Assembly (NCBI RefSeq): GCF_021028975.2
Contig: NC_059431.1
Span: 94,612,001-94,676,000, forward strand
Direction: 5' to 3'
DNA length: 64,000 nt
From: Sphaerodactylus townsendi
Taxonomy: Eukaryota
Position numbers and translations under genes: made by a program. Positions 46,401-57,632 of the stretch are shown piece by piece. Under the pieces are notes generated by a model. The model was not told the DNA's origin. It worked only from the letters and a program-made list of their open reading frames with translations, and made no database searches. Positions within the stretch are counted from its first letter, which is position 1. Every line of letters begins with the position of its first letter.

Positions 46401-47711
46401 CGAGTAGAAATTTAAATCGGCCTCTCAAGTCCTAGTTCCACACTCTAATCACTACGCCATACTGCTCTTCAGACCAGGACTAAAAGCTCTTGGTACAAAT
46501 GAAGTGGGCACTTTTTTTTAAGCTGTCATGTACGCTGGGAGAAGACTAATAGCATCTGCTCTGCTATTGGCAAGGACATGTAATATGGAGGGGCTGTGGC
46601 TCTAGTAGAGCTTTCATTTGCATGTACAATGTCCCAGGTCTCAACCTGAAGCTCTGGAGAGGTGCTGCCAGCCAGAGCAGGCAATTCTGACCTTAATAGA
46701 TCAGTGGTCTGACTCATAACAATTACTACACCACACTTGATGTATTTATGCACCTTAGTAGTTGGCTGCAACCTATGGGACTCTAGTGAATGTCTGTGAG
46801 AGTCTCCCCCTACCCCCGGGATTGGGGTGTAGATCTGTTGCTTAAATGTGCAGTTACTGTAGAATGTGAGTAACTTACCAGTTGTTAATAATGGATTGTT
46901 TCCAGAAGCCCAGTGCCAACTCTTAAAATGACATGTTGCTTCGCCAATTATGCAGACAAAGCATCTGCTGGAGTCACCTTGTGGTCTTTTTAAAGAGATC
47001 ATAAGTTGAGGGGTTGTGAAATAGCTGCAGGCCACAGCTTAATGAAAGGACACAGAGAATTATAATGACAGCATTGGCTTCTGAAATCCTTACATCTCTC
47101 AGAAAACCTCGTTTACTTTTTTTCTTTTCCAGAGAAAACCTCATGGTGTTGTGGAATTAAAGCCACAGATATTCCCAGTGAGTGGATTTTGCTTTTATTC
47201 TATGTAACAATCTCTTTTTATTCCTTTGTAAAGAAGTGAGAAGACTATTTGTCCAGGGGAGGGTATGATAAAGGGGAAGCACCTGCTATGTAAGAACCTT
47301 TTCTAAACAGCTGTGTAGATGCCCTAAAAAAACAGGCACCTTGCTTTGAGGCCGCCATTTACTGGTTTTGAGTGAATGTTCCAATCCAATTACAAATGCC
47401 AGCCTTGGAGCAGTCTCTCCTTGAACGAGGGGGCTGGATTCTTATGATATAGCAAAGGTAACCTGGTAGAAGGAGTGGAGGAAAACATATATAGGACAGT
47501 ATTTCTATAACAAACATATTGTATGCAAGCTTATAGAAGTAGTATCACAACTGGAACTGTAATTTTCCTTGTAAAAAGCATAAAATGTGTAGTTTAAAGT
47601 AACTGCACTGTGATGATGCTTAATACAATTTTGTTAACTCCTTAGGGTGACACAGTTCTGGAAACCGGTGAGGTCATTCCCCCGTTGGAAATCCCACACA
47701 GTCATCATTAA
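43153..47711 (+). CDS. NDUFB6: NADH:ubiquinone oxidoreductase subunit B6 (4 exons: 43153-43374, 44165-44257, 47133-47177, 47646-47711; 141 aa)
   Basis: [35 protein letters not shown]...[12 protein letters not shown]...[28 protein letters not shown]...HH* matches NDUFB6. All introns are GT-AG, phase 0. AATAAA at 47791-47796. Confidence 0.97.
45130..45614 (-). mobile_element. Related non-autonomous hAT element in NDUFB6 intron 2
   Basis: Shares terminal regions with the 4495/40184 copies in reverse orientation; exact TSD CCATAGAA. Confidence 0.88.
45974..46275 (+). mobile_element. Young tRNA-derived SINE (Squam3-type) in NDUFB6 intron 2
   Basis: A box TGGCGTAGGAGG, B box GGTTTGATTCCC, (CTT)n tail, TSD CTTTATTG on both sides. 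Reverse copies at 18073-18367 and 8750-9020. Confidence 0.85.
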
Positions 47712-48739
47712 GAGGCTCAAAGACTCTGGAACCCTTCTTTCTTTCTTTCTATAAAATGCCATTCCTAGCTGGGAAAATATTTAATTAAACAATAAAGATC
47801 ACTTTAAGATTACTGGGTTTTTTTTAAACTTGTGTGACTGTAGTCTGCTTGTGTACATAGTAATAGAATGCATTCACCCTACATAGTGGACAATGGCCTG
47901 TGTGGCTAGACAACAGATATTTACTGATAGTGTGGCCTTGAAAGTCAGTGAGGCTTACTGGCTGTTGTGCTCCATTCTAGGAAGGGGATGTGGGATAGTT
48001 TTTAGAGGAGTAGACTACACGTGTTAAGGGCTGTCAAGTCACTTCCAACTCATGGCCACCCTACAACTCAGCATCCTCCAAAACATCCTATTGTAAACAG
48101 CCTTGCTCAAGTCTTGCAAACTGAGGGCCGTGGCTTCCTTTATAATCAGTCCATGGCCAACTATGCACAAGGTGCTTACTGTGTGGAAGGGGTGAATGTC
48201 TGTCGCAGCAAGATCTCGTGTACTGACATATTTCCTCAAGCCTTGTTTCCACTTTCCATTCTCTCCGCAGCAAGTGAGATCAGTTGTAACACGATTTTAA
48301 TTTTGCTTCACTCCCAGAGCAGGCAGATTTGCCAGTGAGCACAGCTTTGCCCTGGATATCTTCCTTCCGCCCACTGCCAACCTATCTAGCTCTACCCTTC
48401 CCACTCTGTTGCACTGCACCTTCCCCCTCGCCCTCCCCTTCCATGTTTTGGATTATTTTTGGAACAGTAATATCAATAAAAGGGCAGTTTAATGGGCAAG
48501 CTAGTGCATTTGACTGCCGGGTTTAATGAAATCTGTGCCTACAAGAATAAATGCCTTTAAGATCTGTGCCTTTAAAAATATGTTGACTGGCAGATCTAAG
48601 GGAACCAGGCCCAGCAGAATTCTCTGCGAAAAACTGCACACCAAGGAGAGAGTGCCTCATTGCATGTAAACAGAGAAACGCAAGGAGATCCCACAACAAG
48701 CCCACTGCGTACTGAAGAGTCCAAAATCATCCCATCACA

Positions 48740-49052
48740 CATTGGGTTTTCCTCTTTTCCTGCTGTCTTCAGTTTTTTCTAGCATTATTGTCTTTTCCAG
48801 TGACTCCTGTCTTATGTGACCAAAGTATGATAACTTCAGTTTAGACTTTTTAGCTTCTAGGGGAAATTCTAGCTTGATTTGATCTGACACCTACTTCTTT
48901 CTTCAACTAAATCTAATCTTGCTTTCCTTATGATACGGTCTGCATATATATTGAAAAGATGGGGAGATAAAACCCATCCTTGTCTGCCTGCTTTGCAAAC
49001 TGGAAACCGTTCTATTTCTCCATATTCTGTTCCAATAGTCGCCACTTGTAGA
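48740..49052 (-). mobile_element. RTE-BovB LINE fragments
   Basis: QVATIGTEYGEIERFPVCKAGRQGWVLSPHLFNIYADRIIRKARLD resembles the BovB RT segment TVRT..G.T.WF.IGKGVRQGC.LSP.LFN.YAE. Confidence 0.75.
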
Positions 49053-49589
49053 ATCCCTGGGCAGAAATCGGCCATGTTTACGAGCAACATTCTAGCATGC
49101 ATCCGAGTGACATTTTTGCCCAAATACCAGAGCATTCCAGTGTCTTCAGCAATGCAATGATATCACATCTGGTGCACTGGTAATGCCAGCTGAGGCCTCT
49201 CTTCACTGATGGTAATTTGCTACCCCAACCCCCACCAATTGCCAAGGGTTGCCTGGCAACCCTCTCGCCTCTGCCTGCTTTTAGTTATCCCAGTCACCCG
49301 CCACATGTGCCCTAGAAACTGGAGAAGTTTTGTTGAGCATTTGGAGGAACAGCAACTGGTCTCAGTGGTGAGGGAAGGGAGAGGCACATGGCGGGCAATT
49401 CCAAGTCTAGCCCTTGATATCTACTAAGTTTGCAAACCTCCATTTGGGGCCTGGAGATTTCCCAGAATTACAACTGATCTGGAGACCACAGAGGTCAGAC
49501 CAAATCTTTTCCCATGCCTCTATCACCATTAACCATAATATCCTTCTGTGCTGTGTCCAGTTCTGGGACTGGGGACACTGTGTTATTGT

Positions 49590-50020
49590 GGTTCGAGAGC
49601 TGAGAAGACACCCCCACCTGTCTTTCAGTTTCCCAAATGCCCGCTCACCACATTTATGGCCCAACATCATGTGTCATTAAGGTGCCTTTCCCTCCTATTA
49701 TGGGGTGGAGCATAGGGCTTAACACACCAATTTCTCATGGGAAAGGCACAATCACCCAGAATCGTTGGTGGGATGGCAACATCATCCACGTTCAGTGTCG
49801 GGTTTCTAGGAATGTAAACACTGCTGTCCGTGCCTTTGCAGAAATGGGAATCCAGGAAGGCCTGCACATCGTTGTTTCTGCCAGAGTGACCAACCTTGGC
49901 ATTGTAAAATCTGCCTTTGTGATCATGGGTGGCCAAGAGAAGCATAGCGGAGAATATAATCCGAATGACGTAGTCCTAGCTAAAAATACAACGAGGGGGG
50001 ATTGATGGCTGGAAGAAGGA
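49590..50020 (-). mobile_element. Decayed PIF/Harbinger transposase fragment (DDE_Tnp_4-like)
   Basis: FSAMLLLATHDHKGRFYNAKVGHSGRNNDVQAF...ILGDCAFPMRNWCVKPY...ERHLN, then in a shifted frame ERAFGKLKDRWGCL; contains stops and a frameshift. Confidence 0.85.
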
Positions 50021-50770
50021 AAAGCAAAGTGCTTTACAAGCTTTGGATCTAGAAAGGGCTCAATACAATTCAAGACAAGCTTTATTGTCATATCAGCATA
50101 AAGACAGACAAAAAGGAAAAAAGAATATCCATACATAACATAATAGAGTTTGAGAATCGGCTGCAGTGCTACAGAACTCCTAATGCTTACAGACACATCT
50201 CGATGGCGACACGTAGAAATTTGGCTGTTGTCTCAGTTATATTAGCATCATTATTCAACAGGTATAAGGGTTTTTTTTGTTGGTCTGACAAACTTGCTTC
50301 ATCAAGAAAGATCCAGTCATCTCAAAGACTGTGTTCTGAACAGTGGGGGACAGATGAGAAGAAATGCAAGACTTCTGCAAGACCTTGCTACTTTTATTCA
50401 CCAGGATCCTGCAGCTCCCCCCCCCCCCCAAAAAAAAATGATACTTCTGCTGCAGCAGATCCAACCCACTGTCTTTCCCTCTAAGGAAAATTCACTGCTG
50501 TTCATTTATTGACATTTCAAGCACACCAGTCCAGAACATACTGGGCACAAAACCCATTGTGAGCATTTCCAGTGCAAGCCCAAGAAAAGAATAACAAGAC
50601 TCCAAAGCTCAGCTGGCAGAGTTGCAAATGCTTTCCAAATTCAGTCTGGCATGCCTCTCCTTGGCCTCAATTGTACCTCTCCAGCGTGCCTTTCCAGCAT
50701 AGGCAGTTTAAAATCCAGTACTCAGCTGGGTTGCTTTGGCTCCACAAGCAGTCCTTTCAAGTCTTGACTG

Positions 50771-51325
50771 TCAGGGTTTTTTGTAGGACTCCTCTCGCGT
50801 AACAGAGCGTGACTGCTTCCAGGCACGGCCAGCCCCTCTGCCTGCCCCCTGTTTCCTCTTGGCCTGGCCCTGAGACTCTGATTTCAGAGTTTCCACCCAG
50901 AAGGCATCAAAAGAACCGGGAGCCTGGTATCCTGGCTCCTGAGTGTCCAATGGATCTTTGCTCAGCAAAATGTAGATGGCAGGGATGTTTCGCTTGACAG
51001 TCAATGGGTCAAGTCCCACTTCAGGCACAATGGGCTCCCAGATCTCCTCTATTTGCTGGAAGAACACCTTTGTGATCTGGTGAAGGCCACTGAGACGCCG
51101 CTTCATGATCTCCACGCAAGTGATGGCCTTGCTGATGCTTTTGCCGGCACCACTGAAGAGAACCTGCCTCACTGGATCCAGCTCCATCTTGCCAATGGCA
51201 TAGCCCATCAAATTCCGGATTTTGCTGCCATCCTTCACTTTCATCTCAATGATGTCCAAGGGCAGATTGCTGAAAGGGAGAGGAGATGGCTTCTCCACAG
51301 TCTTGGACTTCTGGTAGTTTTCCAT
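50771..51325 (-). CDS. RPP25L: Ribonuclease P protein subunit p25-like (Alba domain), 184 aa, single coding exon
   Basis: MENYQKSKTVE...EMKVKDGSKIRNLMGYA...FSGAGKSISKAITCVEIMKRRLSGLHQITK...GLDPLTVKRNIPAIYILLSKDPLD..EPGYQAPG. A splice acceptor (ccacag) lies 8 nt before the ATG, so the exon starts at 51333. Minus-strand AATAAA at 50505-50510. Confidence 0.93.
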   Translation of the reverse strand: MENYQKSKTVEKPSPLPFSNLPLDIIEMKVKDGSKIRNLMGYAIGKMELDPVRQVLFSGAGKSISKAITCVEIMKRRLSGLHQITKVFFQQIEEIWEPIVPEVGLDPLTVKRNIPAIYILLSKDPLDTQEPGYQAPGSFDAFWVETLKSESQGQAKRKQGAGRGAGRAWKQSRSVTREESYKKP

Positions 51326-51839
51326 GATGCACACTGTGGCAGAGGAAAGGGAGAGAACAGCTGTAATCAATACGTCCAGAGGATTATTTCAAGATTTGTC
51401 TACAAATATTATATATTCAGGATACTTTACACCAGGGTCTCCGACCTTTTCATGCTGTGGTGTTAGTTGCTACCAAATCAACACAATCACTCCATACCAT
51501 CACTCCACATTGTGCCACAGAGAGAAACACATCTCTCCATGACATGCCTCTGAACATGCCAGCCATGGATGCGGGCAAAATGTTAGGAGCAAAAACTACC
51601 AGACAACAGCCACAAAGCCCGGAAAACCCACAACAACCAACACTTTTAAAAATCTGCACAGTCAATCAGAAACCAGCTGGGGAAAAGTCCAACCTAGCCC
51701 TGCCCAGTTTCTAAAAACACTTGGTAAGGGTCAGGAAAGGTTTTGGTAAGTGCCATGGTGACTGTGGGCACTACGTTGGAGACCCCCACTCTACAACATG
51801 CACAGTGATATAAAGTGCCAGAAGGCAACATCTGGGGAA

Positions 51840-52226
51840 GGTCTCAACCTCTATGTCCTGTTGCTGGATTCCCAGAGGAACTGGTTGTCCACTGTATGAG
51901 ACAGGATGCTGGATTAGATGGACCCTCACTTGTCTGATCCAGAAAGGGTCTTCTGGTGATTTTATAGAGGTCTTGGCCTCTATGCCCTGTTGTTGACTCT
52001 CAGAGGAACCAGTTGGCCATTGGATGAGAAAAGACACTGGATTAGATGGACTCTCACTGGTGTGATCCAGCAGGGCTCTTCTTGGGTCCTTATAAAAGGA
52101 AGGTCTGAGTTTCTGTGTCCTGTTTCTGAACTTTCCATAGGAACTAGTTGGCCACTGTGTGAGACAGGATGCTGGACTAGACAGACCCTCACATCTGATC
52201 CGGCAGGGCTTTTCTGATGTTCTTGT
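51840..52226 (+). repeat. Three tandem ~130-bp units of a CR1-type 3' tail in RPP25L intron 1
   Basis: Units start near 51843, 51971 and 52104; each contains GAGACAGGATGCTGGA.TAGATGGACCCTCAC..GTCTGATCCAG.AGGG.TCTTCT. Confidence 0.75.
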
Positions 52227-52903
52227 GCGCAATACTGGTATAACGGCTACATGCTCATATGGTATCTGGAAATACACAATCACTCACTCACTCACACTCG
52301 CAAACTGAAATCTACCAGAGCTGATCTAAAACACCCATAACCACTATGTCACCCTAGTGAGGGGCAGGAAAGGAAATATCTTCCAAGATGTCAGCCCCCC
52401 TTCCTCTTTATTTATTCCAGACCCTCAGGAAAGCTGTTAGCACCCGTCCTCAAGGCTTGAAAATGTCATTCACCCACAAAGCTGAATAAGGGGGAGAGTG
52501 TCTCTGCCCCAACCAGTATACAATATATTTTATATACTCAGATGCAAGTCTCCCCCCCCCCGCATGCCCCCCAGTAAGATAGTTTTACATTGCCATACAA
52601 CTTAACAGTCGTATCCAATATTTTGTGAGCTTGTGTGCAGTATTGTTAAGAAGTGAGGTCATTTCACATTCAGGGTTGTCTTGTTTTCAAGTATGTCAGG
52701 CAGGTCAGCCTCTTGTTCTGGCAGAGGGAGGGAAGCCCCCTGCATCTGGCACTGAACCAAAACCTTGATATCCTTTGGCTACCAACCTCCGGGCGGCGCC
52801 TGGAGCTCTGCCAGAATTATAATTGCTCTCCAAATCACAGAACTCAGTTTATTTAGGGGGAAATGGCAGCTTCAGAGGGGCAACGCTATAGTATACCCCA
52901 GAC

Positions 52904-52947
52904 CAGGGGTGACAAACCATGGACTACAATTCCCATCAGCCCTGCCG
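52904..52947. mobile_element. Internally deleted fragment of the same hAT MITE in RPP25L intron 1
   Basis: CAGGGGTGACAAAC followed by CATGGACTACAATTCCCATCAGCCCTGCC. Confidence 0.7.
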
Positions 52948-53117
52948 GGGGCCCTTTGAGGACATTGCAAGGCTGCACGTGCACAGCGGAGATGCTTCCC
53001 CCTCTCTATTTCCCAGGGGGAAGCTAGGAGAGGGGAGAAAGCAGAAGGACCATATTTTTCCCTATCCTTCTCCCTCGCTACACCCCTATTCCTCGCCTTC
53101 CCCCAACCCCAGCTCAC

Positions 53118-53450
53118 CTGCCACCCCTCTATGCTTCAAGACGGCGGCGCTCATGCCCCCGCCTGGAAGGGGGTGCACTACGCACGCGCGCAGAGAAGGG
53201 TCTTCCACCTAAGAGGAATGCGCGTGCGCACAGGTCCGGCTCACGGGTCTCCACCTTCTCTGATTGGATTGGCGGAGACTGAAGCAGGACCCGCCCCTCC
53301 CACCTAGGCACAGTCTATCTATGGCCTGCAGGGGGCGCCCGAGAAAGTGCCCTGAGCACGTGCTGGAGGGGAACTGCGAAGGACGGAAGGGTCTTTGCGT
53401 GCTGCTGTGAATTGTTGGGTCGCTACAAACGAGACCTGCAGCAGGCGTCC
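53118..53450 (-). promoter_or_regulatory. RPP25L CpG-island promoter and probable non-coding exon 1
   Basis: Minus-strand donor CAG|GTGAGC at 53118/53117; NRF1-type GCGCxxGCGC repeats near 53180-53231; tandem CCAAT boxes (GATTGGATTGG near 53262); GC box near 53290. Confidence 0.7.
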
Positions 53451-54589
53451 AAACTGGTGACTCTTGCCCCAAGAATAGACAGACCCAGGCGTATTTATTT
53501 ATTTATTTATTTAAACATACAGTCTTTATTTCTTTGCAGACTTGTTTTCTTTCTCTTTCAATCCTTAGTGTGAATCCACAGTTGAGAGTAGGGTTGACAA
53601 AAAGAAATATCCTGTTTGTGGAAGAACGTTGCATGGGTCCCTTTCCCAAACCGGCTTGTTAAACTTCCCTCAACCCGCATTTTTCAAAAGTTCTCAAAAT
53701 TGTGATATTTTTGAAAAATCCTGGGTTGAACCCGCTCCGGAGGAGAACGGCACGGTCACCCAACTGCTTTTTCCCACCTCTTCACCTGTTCTCTCGCCTT
53801 ATGTTGGTTTCCTTTCTGCTGAGCTGCAGACCAGTGTGATAGCCTGCTATTTCAGAAACATCCCCCAAGCAAGTTTTTTCCCCCATGGCAGCAACTGCGA
53901 GCACCATTTCACCCAAATGTATGCAGGAATGGATTCACAACAAATTTTCTTCTCTTTTTATTTTTTTGGGTGCTCAAACCATGTAGCTATGAAGATGCAC
54001 ACCTTTGGATGTGTGTGGGATGTATTGCTTTGCTCCCTTTTTGGACAGATTTTATTATTTTGTATATCAATGTTAAGGGGGGGGGGGGTTTGCATTCTTC
54101 ATGTTTACATGTGTCATGGTTTCAAAGCCCTAAACTTTTTTTTCCATGCTGGAGAAATGAGAAGGGGAGGTCTGGCTTGGGTTCCCAGGGTTACTGTAGA
54201 TCAGAAGTGTTCCCTTAGCAGAAGGAGGGAATGGACAGAAAGGGGGGGGGGGGGGCTATGGTGATGGAACAGCCAATCAGAAGGCAGGAAAAGTGGAATG
54301 TTTACACCTGCGTAGCTCTGTTTGAATTGTAAACATAAATAAATAGCAGGTTCATGCAAAGGGGCTAAAAGAAAACAAATTGTTACCCCCCCAACCTCAG
54401 CTCAATTCCTTCACAGAAAACAAGCACCCATTCAAAGGACAAAAATGGAATAAAATGGACCCGGATTCAGAAATAACAGATGCAACTCATTATTACACTG
54501 GGTTGATATAACGGATTCCTTACCCAAATGGGACCCTGTGTCCCCAGCTCAATGTAAACAACTAATCAATGCCCTCCCCTATGGAAAAG

Positions 54590-56915
54590 CACCAGGGGAG
54601 GACTTTATTCCCCCCTAAGGTTTTAAACTAGATGTTGAGGGTGGAGCCATATTTTAGCTCATGATTACAAGTTAAATGAGATATGTAAGATCCCCAGCAA
54701 TTGGAAGCAAAGCATAATCGCCCCAATCTTCAAAAGGAGACAAAAAAAGCAACCGGGAATTATAGACCTATATTTGTTGGATATCTCCTATAAGATGTAT
54801 ACTACTACTTCTTAATAGACTTAATGACTGGGCAGAGGAAAACAATATATTTAACATAGAACAAGCAGGCTTTAGGAAAAAAACCACAGCACAATCGGGA
54901 CATTGCATGAGCTTATCAGTTATAATACAAAAATACACAGCCTGTAAAACGCAAACTTCTTTGTTGCATTCGCGGACCTATTATCCTCAGCATTTGATTC
55001 TATTGACAGGTCGTAATCCTGTGGCAAAACTAGGTAGGACAGTTGATAGAAAGCTTCTAGCCATTCTGATAGAGTTCACACAGATATCACAGCAAGAGTG
55101 AGAGTAGGGAAATAAGGGCCAACTTCTGATGGAGATTCATTCAGTTGGAGGATGGTAAAACAAGGTTGCTTGCGAAAGGCCCCATTCTTATTCAATTTCT
55201 TTATAAATGACTGTGTACAATTTATGGGAGACTCCTACTTTTTTTCCCTCCAGTTCTGGAAGGGAGACAGATACCAATACTCTTTTATATGCCTACCTAC
55301 ATGGCTGTCATGTCAATCACCAAAGTTAGAATGAAACGCACGCTGTCTAGATTAGCAATGTACTGCAACATCAATAAACTAAAATTAATGGCAGCAAGAC
55401 AAAATAGTTGTCTTTGGAAGCAGAAATAAGAAACAAAACTGGAAAAATAGAGCACCAGCTGGTCGAAAGCAAACCTCTCCCATATAAATATTTAGGACTA
55501 ACCTCTTCCAGGATTCTTTTATCCTGGAGGGCCCAAATAGGGAAAAAATTTTAGCGAACTCTGCCCGGTCCAATGGCTACTCATAGATTCGGTGTTCTCC
55601 AATTCTTAAAAGTGTTTCAGAGTAAAGTGCTGGCTAGGTACTGTAACGTGAGCAGAAATTCGGGGTTGGGGACATCGCCACAGTAGGAAAACTGGAACAG
55701 TCCAAAAACATCTTTCTGAGAAAGATTTTGGCCCTACTTCACCTCCACCTCACCCTCTGCTGTTCAATGGAAGTAGGATCATCCTCCATCAGGACTAGAA
55801 TCCATGTAAGGATACTCTGTACTATAAAAAACCCTGGCAACCCTAAAGCCCAACCAATTAGTAAATCTGAGTTACAGACATGATGAGAGAACAATAGGTG
55901 GAAGGACCAAATTTCTCCCATACTAGCTCTCTATGAAATTCCTGACCTGGAAACTATTCATATATGGACGCCAGCAAAATTCATGGACTGGCTCTTATAG
56001 TAAAGGATGCTCATTAAGATAAACTAACTTGCTGCCATCCAGAAACATTCCCATGGTTCTCTCGTTAAAAAAGAACAAATATTATGCACAATATCTATCA
56101 AATCTCAAGGAAGCAAACCTAAGAAAATCATTCACTTCCCTGAGATATCAGACGTTTAAATCAGAACATTTACTGGGAGATTTGCTACAATTCAAGAGAG
56201 CTCCTCGGCATGTAGATGTAGCTTAAATCAGTGAGGACATAATACACTACACACTTCATTGTCCATTTTATTCTGCTATCCGTAACAAATATATCAATGA
56301 TATCCTGTCAGGCCTGACAGGCAGTGAGGAGGAGAAAGTTTGCTTTCTGATGGCTGATGTGTATGCTGAGGTTACATCCAAAGTAGCAATATTTATGTTT
56401 CTACCCTGTTTCCCCGAATATAAGACATCCCCGGAAAATAAGACGTAGTAGAGATTTTGCTGAAGTGCAAAATATAAGGCATCCCCCAAAAGTAAGACGT
56501 GGCAAAGTTTTTGTTTGGAAGCATGCCTGACAAACAGAATACAGAAATATAAGACATCCCCTGAAAATAAGACACAGCACATCTTTGGGAGCAAAAATTA
56601 ATATAAGACACTGTCTTATATTCGGGGAAACACGGTAGCAGCAAAAATCAGAGAAAGTTCAACTGATGTTCAAACCACAAAAGCTAAGTTGTAATAAAGG
56701 TGGTTAAAGATTCCTAAAATTATAATCCTGTTTTAACTAAATTTATGATATTCCGTTTAATGTTATATAACTGCATTGCTTCTGTACTCTAATGCTTGAA
56801 ACTCTCATAACATGTTTTATACTTTTGTAATCTGAGGGGAGGAGGGCTTTGGCTGATGTATCTTTGTATGTGTATATGGCCTAAGGCTAATAAACACTGA
56901 TTTGATTGATTGAAC
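54590..56915 (+). mobile_element. Degenerate non-LTR retrotransposon (RT through C-terminal Cys/His region and 3' tail)
   Basis: Frame-broken RT motifs KAPGEDFIP, WKQSIIAPIFK, GNYRP, LNDWAEENNIFNIEQAGFRK, VKQGCL..PFLFNFFIND and YKYLG; EDI.HY.LHCPFY; AATAAA then a TGAT-repeat tail. Clade not determined. Confidence 0.8.
56404..56635. mobile_element. Tc1/mariner-superfamily (Tc2-like) MITE inserted in a LINE
   Basis: TIR CC[C/G]TGTTTCCCCGAATATAAGACA on both ends, TA TSD, internal AAATATAAGACATCCCC repeats. Confidence 0.85.
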
Positions 56916-57054
56916 TCATTATTATTATGCTGTGTGGAATCAACCTCTGCCTGCCTAGTTCCAGGCAGAATAATAATCGTGTCAACCCTTAGGGCTTTTT
57001 CCATACAGGCAGTACATCATGCTATATTTTTAATTTAATTTTTAATTTAATCTC

Positions 57055-57515
57055 AGAATTGGAAGAGACCACTGTAGTCATCAAGTTGAACCACCTGCTA
57101 AAGCAGGAACTACAACTATAACTATCCCTTAGAAGTAGGTATCTTGTTGATGGTTAAAAACGCCCAACGATGAAAAAATCTACCACCTCACAAGGAATAC
57201 TGTTCCAGTGTTAAGCGAACCTCTTCGTCAGGAAGTTCTTCCTCAAATTTAGACAAAATTGCCATTGCTGTACTTATATCCATTAGCCCGAGTCTTGTCA
57301 TCCAACATGGCCATCCCATTCTTCGCATGGCATCCTTTTAGGTACTGGAAGTTGGTGATTCTATCGCCTTCCAAGCATCTCTTCCCCATCGTACAGATTC
57401 CTGGCTCCTTCAGCCTTTCCTAGTAGAACATCGTCTCCAAACCTCTCGTCAGCTTCATTGCCCTACACTGGACTCATTACAGCTTACTGACATCCTTCCT
57501 AAACGATGGTGCCCC
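57055..57515 (-). mobile_element. CR1 LINE 3' fragment
   Basis: Decayed QCRAMKLTRGLE...ERLKE RT C-terminus and CR1-type 3' end (TTCCAATTCTG). Confidence 0.7.
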
Positions 57516-57632
57516 TCATGTGAAAGAAGCAAATTGCCTCCTTTGTGCTTTTGGGAGGGTCAGAGATCACAGAAGACACCAGAACTGGTCCTTAGCTGCT
57601 ATCAAGGGATCAGTAACACTTATGAATTCACC

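Noticed and set aside
51326-51370. 15-residue N-terminal extension of the RPP25L ORF in the track
   Set aside because: It starts at a non-ATG codon and is mostly the intron's pyrimidine tract; the true start is the ATG at 51325.
53430-53470. Possible plus-strand divergent transcript from the RPP25L CpG island
   Set aside because: Only a weak donor-like site; the downstream sequence is repeat-derived with no exon evidence.
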